Assembly: GCF_006345805.1 (NCBI RefSeq)
Contig: NW_021826013.1
Span: 1 to 13,757, forward strand
DNA length: 13,757 nucleotides
Direction: 5' to 3'
DNA from: Octopus sinensis
Taxonomy: Eukaryota
Shown: one piece after another, positions 7,589 through 13,757 of the stretch
Layout: every line of letters starts with the position of its first letter
Position numbering within the stretch: the stretch's first letter is position 1
The notes under the pieces: model-generated
Seen by the model: the letters and a program-made list of their open reading frames with translations, nothing else
The model's database searches: none
Told to the model about the DNA's origin: nothing
Program-made: the position numbers and the translations under genes

Positions 7589-7836
7589 AGAGGGTAAGAT
7601 CTGAATGGGTGGTGAGATCAACGAGATCTGAGATGAGTAGGCCTTTATTGTAGGCTTAAAAAGACAGAAGTGGGGAGAAAGCATGTCTGTGAGACAAGGA
7701 TTGAACATAAAAACTGCATCAATAACATTCCATGAAAGTCTGAGATGTCTCATGAAGGAGAAACCAATGGATCAGTCTCTAATGATTAGCTCCGAAGATC
7801 TTCGAAAACCTTTACGAAGAGAGAAACATCTAAATC

Positions 7837-8243
7837 AGGATTTGGTAAGCATACATTCTAAGGGTTCTGTGTCCATATTTTTATCAACACCAAAAGGATT
7901 TTTTCTTTTTAAAAAGTGTAGTTGCTACACAAAGAAAGGGAACAAGTACTACAGTTATCCGATAGCCCCAATTTTTCCAATAGCTTGTATTTTTAAAGTT
8001 TCCAAATAAAAATGTAACTATTTATGTTGGAGCTATGGAATAGCTGACCCTTGAAGTTCCACAATTCATGGAAAAGGAAAAGGGTTAGTTTCGCCCTTTA
8101 TTTGTTTATTTATTTATTTATGAAGGCCCATGGTTTTGTGAGCTCAAATCCCACCGATAGCAATATGTTTAAAAAAAAAAGCCCTTTTGGTGTTGATTAA
8201 AAATTGGACATGGAAGCCTCAGAATGCATGCTTACTTAATCCT
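7837..8243. mobile_element. Non-autonomous element with ~75-80 bp terminal inverted repeats (MITE-like)
   Basis: Left arm gtaagcatacattctaagggttctgtgtccatatttttatcaacaccaaaagg versus the reverse complement of the right arm, gtaagcatgcattctgaggcttccatgtccaatttttaatcaacaccaaaagg. The match continues through the T/A run to ttgcta/tagcaa; outer ends AGGATT...AATCCT. Confidence 0.75.
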
Positions 8244-8540
8244 TCGTAAGGTTGTGAGTTCAATCCTCGATGGTGCATTCTGTCCTTTATTTCACTTTAT
8301 TTCATGCTCCTCCAGTCCACTCAGCTCATAAAAATGAGATGTACCAGTAATTCAATGGGGACCAGCCTTGTCCACACTTCGTGTCACGCTGAATCTTCCT
8401 GAAACTTAAGTTAAGGATGCATGTGTCTATGGAGTACTCAGCCACTTTCACATTAATTTCACGGGCAATCTGTTCCGTTGATTGAATCAACTGCAACCCT
8501 TGTCATCGTCACTGACAGAGTGACTAGAAAAAGAAGAAAA
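8244..8540 (+). mobile_element. 5'-truncated tRNA-derived SINE (family B)
   Basis: B-box gagttcaatcc, core cactttatttca...ccagtccactcagct, body gagtactcagccact...ctgttccgttgat, A-rich tail. Matches my recollection of an abundant octopus SINE (not database-verified). Confidence 0.75.
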
Positions 8541-9054
8541 CAATTCATTTATTCATTTATATAATATCCCTGCATTTCATACAATGGAAATTATAAATCT
8601 GAATTTTTTTTCCAAAAGTTACAATTTTTAAAAATTGTTTCGTCTATACTCCTGCGCCCTCTTTTTTCCCCATGAGATATGCGACATCGAAGGACAGCTA
8701 GTCTAAAACTCTGTCCAATATATCAAAATATTAAGAAAATAACAAGTACTTTAAAATGACACTTTATACTGATAAGGTTTGTTTGATAATACCAGTAATT
8801 AAATTTCATTCTTGTATTTGGTCTGCAAGATTCCTCATATGAACTCATTTGGCATAATGACTCTCCACAGATATAAATTATCTTCTTGGAATTCTTCAAC
8901 AGTTTTTAAATTTCATAACTTCAAAAGTTGAGAAGCTTAAAATAAATTACAAAATTTGTTTAAAGTTGTGATTTCCAGTTGAATTTGGAGTATATTTTAA
9001 AGAATTATCCTCATGGTGACACTTAGGCATGTCACGAACCACTAGGACTCATAA

Positions 9055-9160
9055 AACCAGGATAAAACCAGTTTCCATGGAGTATAAGGAGCTGAGATTA
9101 CAATACTCCACCACTCTGGATGGGACGCTAGTCCCTCGCATTGTTAACTTCCCAGCTATT
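9055..9160 (-). mobile_element. Degenerate SINE fragment
   Basis: tttccatggagtataag...tacaatactcc...ctggatgggacgctagtccctcgca resembles a common SINE body motif (ctggatgggacgccagtc); based on recall only. Confidence 0.45.
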
Positions 9161-9300
9161 GATGGAACCAGTTCAGTAATTGAAACTATGACTTTGTAAT
9201 CATTAGTGCAACCCCCTAATCACAAGGTCGCGTTCCTTCGCTTATTGGGACCATAAAGATGAGAGATTGATGTGGTTGGTCACCTACAAAGTAACCATAT

Positions 9301-9517
9301 ATTCTTTTCTACTCTAGGCACAAGGCCCGAAATTTTGGGGGAGGAGGCCAGTCGATTAGATCGACTCCAGTATGCAACTGGTACTCAATTTATTGACACT
9401 GAAATGATGAAAGGCAAAGTCGACTTTGGCAGAATTTGAACTCGAAACGTAAAGACAGACAAAATACCGCTAAGTATTTAGCTCGGAGTGCTAACGTTTC
9501 TGCCAGCTTGCCACCTT
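9301..9517 (-). mobile_element. Full-length tRNA-derived SINE (family A) with degenerate TSD
   Basis: Homologous to 7274-7487. Flanked by aagtaaccatatatt (9289-9303) and aaataatcatatatt (9519-9533), 13/15 identical. Confidence 0.92.
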
Positions 9518-9939
9518 GAAATAATCATATATTGTTTAGCTGCTGGAGGAGGGCATTCTCAACAGGAACGTCCTTTTGCATTGAAATTGGTCTAAATATT
9601 CCTGGGTGTTGGTCACCGACAGAATACATTGGCATTTACCATGACTTCTCCAGATATGCCAATTCCATGGAAACCATCTCCAAGAAATGCTAAAGTGCAA
9701 CTGCAAAATGTCAACTGTAGTTGATATCTGCACATGCGTAACAGACTCAGATTGTTGATGGGAACTATTTTTTTTCTTCTTCTGGTCAAGAAGAAAACTG
9801 TCCTTTAACTGTTACAGACCTTCAAAACTGGTGGGAAGAAGTGAGGAAGGTGTCTTCAAACTAGTGACCTGTCCCGAATATTTGCATCCGAGTGAACTCT
9901 GCAAAAGGTACCCAAATGACCAGGTGGTGCTGTTAAACC

Positions 9940-10034
9940 GGTAAGGATGAGTTTGAACTCAGAGCCCAAAGCTTTGTAACAACGATCGCAAAGTTCCCTG
10001 TGCAGCATTCTTACAACCCTGCCAATCTGCCACC
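9940..10034 (-). mobile_element. Old SINE 5' (tRNA-like) fragment
   Basis: The minus strand reads ggtggcagattggcag...ctctgagttcaaactc, similar to the family A head. Confidence 0.5.
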
Positions 10035-10042
10035 CGTGTTTC

Positions 10043-10178
10043 TTACTTTTTTATTGACTCTGAAATAATAAAGGGTAAAAGTGACCTCAGCAGGATCTGA
10101 ACTCGGAACACAAAAGAACCGAAATCGATAATGTGAGGCATCCTGCCTGATTCTATAACAACTTTGCCAGTTAGCAAC
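10043..10178 (-). mobile_element. Old family A-related SINE 5' half
   Basis: ttattgactctgaaa...gacctcagcaggatctgaactcggaac...tttgccagtt aligns with 9390-9510. Confidence 0.65.
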
Positions 10179-10189
10179 CCATCAGCAAT

Positions 10190-10910
10190 GCAGCTTGAAT
10201 AATTTGACGGAATTGGTGAGTCTGTAGCAAAAAAGAAAAACAAACAAACAAAGCATTCCTTTCTATGGAGAACTGTAAAGTGTGCCTTAAGTTTGCCTGG
10301 AATTACATAAATTGGATGCTTACCAAGTGGGGTTTAGTGAAATAAGGGGACAAATCTAAGATTTAATGGTGTAGAACTGGTGGCAGAGTATAAGTGAGAC
10401 ATTGTCTTGACAAGAAACTGAATCTCAGACGTTTGCAGGACACACACTGTAAAGGAAGGAAGAAGTTGTGTAGTAGTGGTGTGGAGAGGCTTCTCAGGTC
10501 AATATCTTGATCTCATTCAATTGAATCATCGATATGATGGATCAAGAAGTGTTCAAAGGCAGGGACAGAGACGTCAATCTATTTTCCATATTTCTCTCTG
10601 ACCATTTACCGCTCAAATTGATCCTGGTGCACGATAACAATCCCAAGATCACCGAACGTTCAGTCAAGCAGTTTATTTCCGATCAAATTATTAAGTTAAT
10701 ATCCCGGCCTGCTCAGTTCTTCGATCGAACTGGGATGAAATCAATCATGACATCAAAGCATGGAAAGCGTTGAATCTCAACCATCTGTCCAGTGTGTTCA
10801 AAGACTCTTGAAAACAAATTACCATTTTATGATGCCAATGCCTGATTGTATCCATGCTCAGAAATGTCGTAAAAATCATTGGGTGAAAAGGATATTACAT
10901 TGGATATCGA
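10190..10910 (+). pseudogene. Decayed Tc1/mariner-superfamily (Tc1-like, DD34E) transposase
   Basis: Colinear motifs across stops and frameshifts: VAKKK (ARKKP), KVCLKFAWNYINWMLTKW (RLxFAxxHxxW), DKSK (SDESKF), TVKEGRSCVVVVWRGFS (TVKHGGGSVMVWG), VHDNNPKIT (QHDNDPKHT), RPAQFFD (WPAQSPDL), WDEIN, CLIVSMLR...KGYYIGY (LIxSMPRR...GYxTKY). An (AAAC)n expansion sits at about 10236-10252. Confidence 0.88.
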
Positions 10911-11983
10911 TCTATGAATATATTATTTCGTTCAATAGTAAACTGTTGTTTATGCTAATAATAACGTTTTTTCACTTCTGGTTCTAAATACAATGGTGTT
11001 TTGAATACTTTAGCAGGACTAAAGATTACAACAAATTAAAATAATGCAAAGACATTACCATGTATAACTAATGGATATTTTTTTTGTATCTTATTTAATG
11101 AGGAATTAAATAATACAAGTTTAGTCAGTCCATTCTTTTCTCAGACGATGATTAAGAAATTTTAGAATATACACTTAATTGTTTGAAACTTATGGTAGCC
11201 ATTGTGTGGCGTGGGAAAAGTATTCATCATTCGCCTCCATGCAATTAAATTTCCATAATGGACACAGAAACACAATAGAAAGTTTGAAAAATTAAAGAAG
11301 CTGTATATACAACACTTATTGAAAATTTAATCAGTAAAACTATCGCCGACATTGACTTAATATGGCTGCCTTTAGTGAAAGATGCATATAACCTCAAGAT
11401 GTGACATCAGCTGTACATGGGTCTTGATGACCTGGTGGACAATAAGATCGTTATAGGCCGTTGTTTGTTTGAATTTATTCCAACAATGTGTAAACTATTT
11501 AAGAACAAGACACCTAATATCGATTGTGGATTAAATCTTTTCGGAAAGTAAAGATTTGAATAGTTTTTCAAAACATGTATAATTCTAAAGATGGTATTAA
11601 TAGCAGGGAGAATATTGATAATTTTGACTATAATTCATCTTAAAGAATTAATTAAATTATAAATTGCACCCTGCCTCTTGTCATACATAAATATTTTCTT
11701 GAAGATTTTAAACCTTAATATTATTTTAAACCATGGATTAAATATACCTTTTAGTTTATAGAATTGAAGTTGTTTATTTGAGTCTAGTTCGTTAGTCAGT
11801 TAAAGACACCTGGTTTAGTTAAAGTTCTGCATCAGAACAAATATCCAGAAAATGTTGTTGCACGTTTTTGTATTTTGTATTAAGTTTACTACACAACAGT
11901 CATTTCCTCACTATATGGAAGGATATCACAATATGTACTTTAATGAGTTGAATAATTTCAATCAAATGCAATTATCGAACCCT

Positions 11984-12365
11984 GTCTATCTATCTATCTA
12001 TCCGCTCAGTTGAAGTCGACTCTCGGTTACTCGATGGATCAGTGTCCTCCGGCCAGTTCTGTCCTGGGTCACTTCTTTCAGATTGGCCATGTCCATTCCG
12101 GTATCACTCTTGATGGTGTCAAGCCAGCGGGTTCTTGGTCAACCTCTTCCTCTCTTGCCACTGACCATTCCGAGCATGATGTCCTTCTCCAGGGATTTTC
12201 TCCGCATAATATGACCAAAATATGTCAATCTATGCATGGTGATCCTAGCTTCTAGCGACATTTTCGGCTTCATCTGGTTAAGAACTTCTCCTTTGGTGAG
12301 CCTCGCTGTCCATGGAATCCCTAAAAGTCTTCTCCAACACTGAAGCTCGAATGCATTAATTCTCT
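11984..12365 (-). mobile_element. 5'-truncated RTE-clade LINE 3' end (post-RT C-terminus plus (GATA)n tail)
   Basis: Minus strand: RINAFELQCWRRLLGIPWTAR...SLEARITMHRLTYFGHIMRRKSLEKDIMLGMVSGKRGRG*PRTRWLDTIKSD...HRVTESRLQLSG*, typical of RTE/BovB-like ORF ends. The in-frame TGA replaces the expected CGA; gatagatagataga tail at about 11986-12002. Confidence 0.9.
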
Positions 12366-12936
12366 GAAAATAATAAACAAGGGAGATAATTTCTTTAAAA
12401 CCAGGCGACACAAATTTTTGGAGAATATCCTTCTTGGTGTGTCATTTCATAGTATTATTTTGTATATACTTTTCCTCCAATACTTTTGTCATGGTGAGCT
12501 GCTTGTGTCGCAGAGATCATATCGTTGCTGGACCTCCTTTTTTTGTTTTTTTACAAAAAAGGTGCTTGTAGAATAACTAAAGCAAACTCACAGCCTTTAA
12601 CTGTAATATTTATTGCCAGGCATAATATATTTGATGCTGGATATTAATAATGATAAGGTATTAATGATTGCTATCTGGGAAGAGAGAAAAACCACGCTGC
12701 ATCCAAAGAAGCTACTTTTAGGATTTTATGTGAATGTCCAGAATCGGTTTGTCTGCACAAAAAGCCCAAAGATGTCTGCTCAAGTTCCGGAGGTCGTCAT
12801 GAGGTGAAGCATGTGAATTAGTTGGTTGCTCTCAAAATTCTGCCTGGTAAATTAGTTGCCAATCAGTTTAAACAAAGCAGCAAGAGGGTAAATTCTTAAA
12901 CATCCAAGCAAGCCATATCACACCACAGCTTCACGC

Positions 12937-13007
12937 TGATTGGTCAGTTTGTAGACCAATCACATGAAACTGTGATTGGTCGGTTTGTAGACCAATCACA
13001 TGAAACT
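12937..13007. repeat. Tandem 36-bp duplication containing four alternating-orientation CCAAT decamers
   Basis: tgattggtc-agtttgta-gaccaatcac-atgaaact-gtgattggtc-ggtttgta-gaccaatcac-atgaaact. Confidence 0.9.
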
Positions 13008-13125
13008 CTTGGTACCTTATCGAGTATCTAGCAGTGAGGTTTCAAATCTCCACTACATTTTCAAATTACTCGAATCTGAATTAGCTTTGCAAGAATTTTA
13101 ATATGATGCTTCGCATTGAGACCAA

Positions 13126-13574
13126 TATTGTTATATTTCGGAAGAGGCATATTAATAAAACCATTAAGCACCCTTTCTTTTTGTTGTTTGCATAGAATTT
13201 CATCGAATACACATCGATCTGTGCTGTTCTTCCTTCGTGTTTCTGAAGATGACCTTATCAGCTTCACTTTTTGTGGGTTCTGAGGCAGCTTGTCAGACCC
13301 ATATCAGCATGCAGTCAACGGTTACAATGGAGTCATGTAACAGCAGAGTCATGACTCGGTGAGACTCTTGCTTTCCGTGCAACCCTTTTCTCTTTAGTTC
13401 CTCATGTTGACCTACAAATATCTAACTCGCAAATGTTGATAAACAGTTGACCTTTATCACCTTCCCCCCCCCCCCCAACCCCAAACAGTTGATTTTCTTT
13501 GGAAAAAGAAGTATATTGAAACAACAACAGGTGAATGGGTTTTATAGGTATGTCTCTTCCGAAATATAACAATA
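13126..13574. mobile_element. TA-flanked non-autonomous DNA transposon (MITE-like)
   Basis: tattgttatatttcggaagag (13126-13146) is the exact reverse complement of ctcttccgaaatataacaata (13554-13574). Imperfect similarity continues about 45 bp inward; both ends finish in TA. Confidence 0.8.
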
Positions 13575-13757
13575 ACTTCCAAATTATTTATAAATATATG
13601 ACTATTGATCTGCTTATTTATTTATCATTAATGCAAATACTTCCTCCTCGCATTTGCTTCCCCTCATCACTTTTAACCCAATCCAAACATGTTTTTCCAC
13701 TTCTAAGTTCCTTGATGGCCTCAGTCATTCCTTAACGATTCATATTGTCTGTAGCTG

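Noticed and set aside
8780-8915. Minus-strand frame KTVEEFQEDNLYLWRVIMPNEFI, possibly a transposase remnant
   Set aside because: Stops in frame and no diagnostic motif I can name.
11205-11230. cgtgggaaaagtattc: a Su(H)/CSL site or a Tc1 left TIR
   Set aside because: A single isolated motif with no partner repeat or downstream transposase.
12139-12411. RTE ORF as a functional gene, and a TSD around it
   Set aside because: It is 5'-truncated with an in-frame stop, the N-terminal 16 residues come from flanking DNA, and no direct repeat is found at the junctions.
12405-12511. 9-bp inverted repeat gcgacacaa/ttgtgtcgc
   Set aside because: Too short, and the interior does not pair; plausible by chance.
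12613-12807. Short ORF or possible 62-nt exon (ccag|aatcgg...gag|gtgaag)
   Set aside because: Weak splice signals, no recognisable homology and no neighbouring exons.

Overview
Eukaryotic, repeat-dense genomic DNA with no supportable intact protein-coding gene. The microsatellite load and the SINE families resemble Octopus (coleoid cephalopod) DNA; this is recall, not a database result. The left 3 kb is mostly microsatellite with CpG-retaining unique islands. One island (2355-2785) holds four evenly spaced ~60-65 nt paralogous units, each with two conserved boxes, a variable 11-12 nt spacer and a closing stem. This is the best candidate for an undescribed system: a lineage-specific miRNA or structured-RNA cluster, or a repeated cis-element. 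The rest is a ~1 kb CAC/CAT triplet array, SINE copies from at least three families (including a tail-to-tail inverted pair), three terminal-inverted-repeat/foldback elements, a decayed Tc1-like transposase and a 5'-truncated RTE-type LINE 3' end. Nearly all listed ORFs are microsatellite artefacts. All alignments and counts were done by eye.
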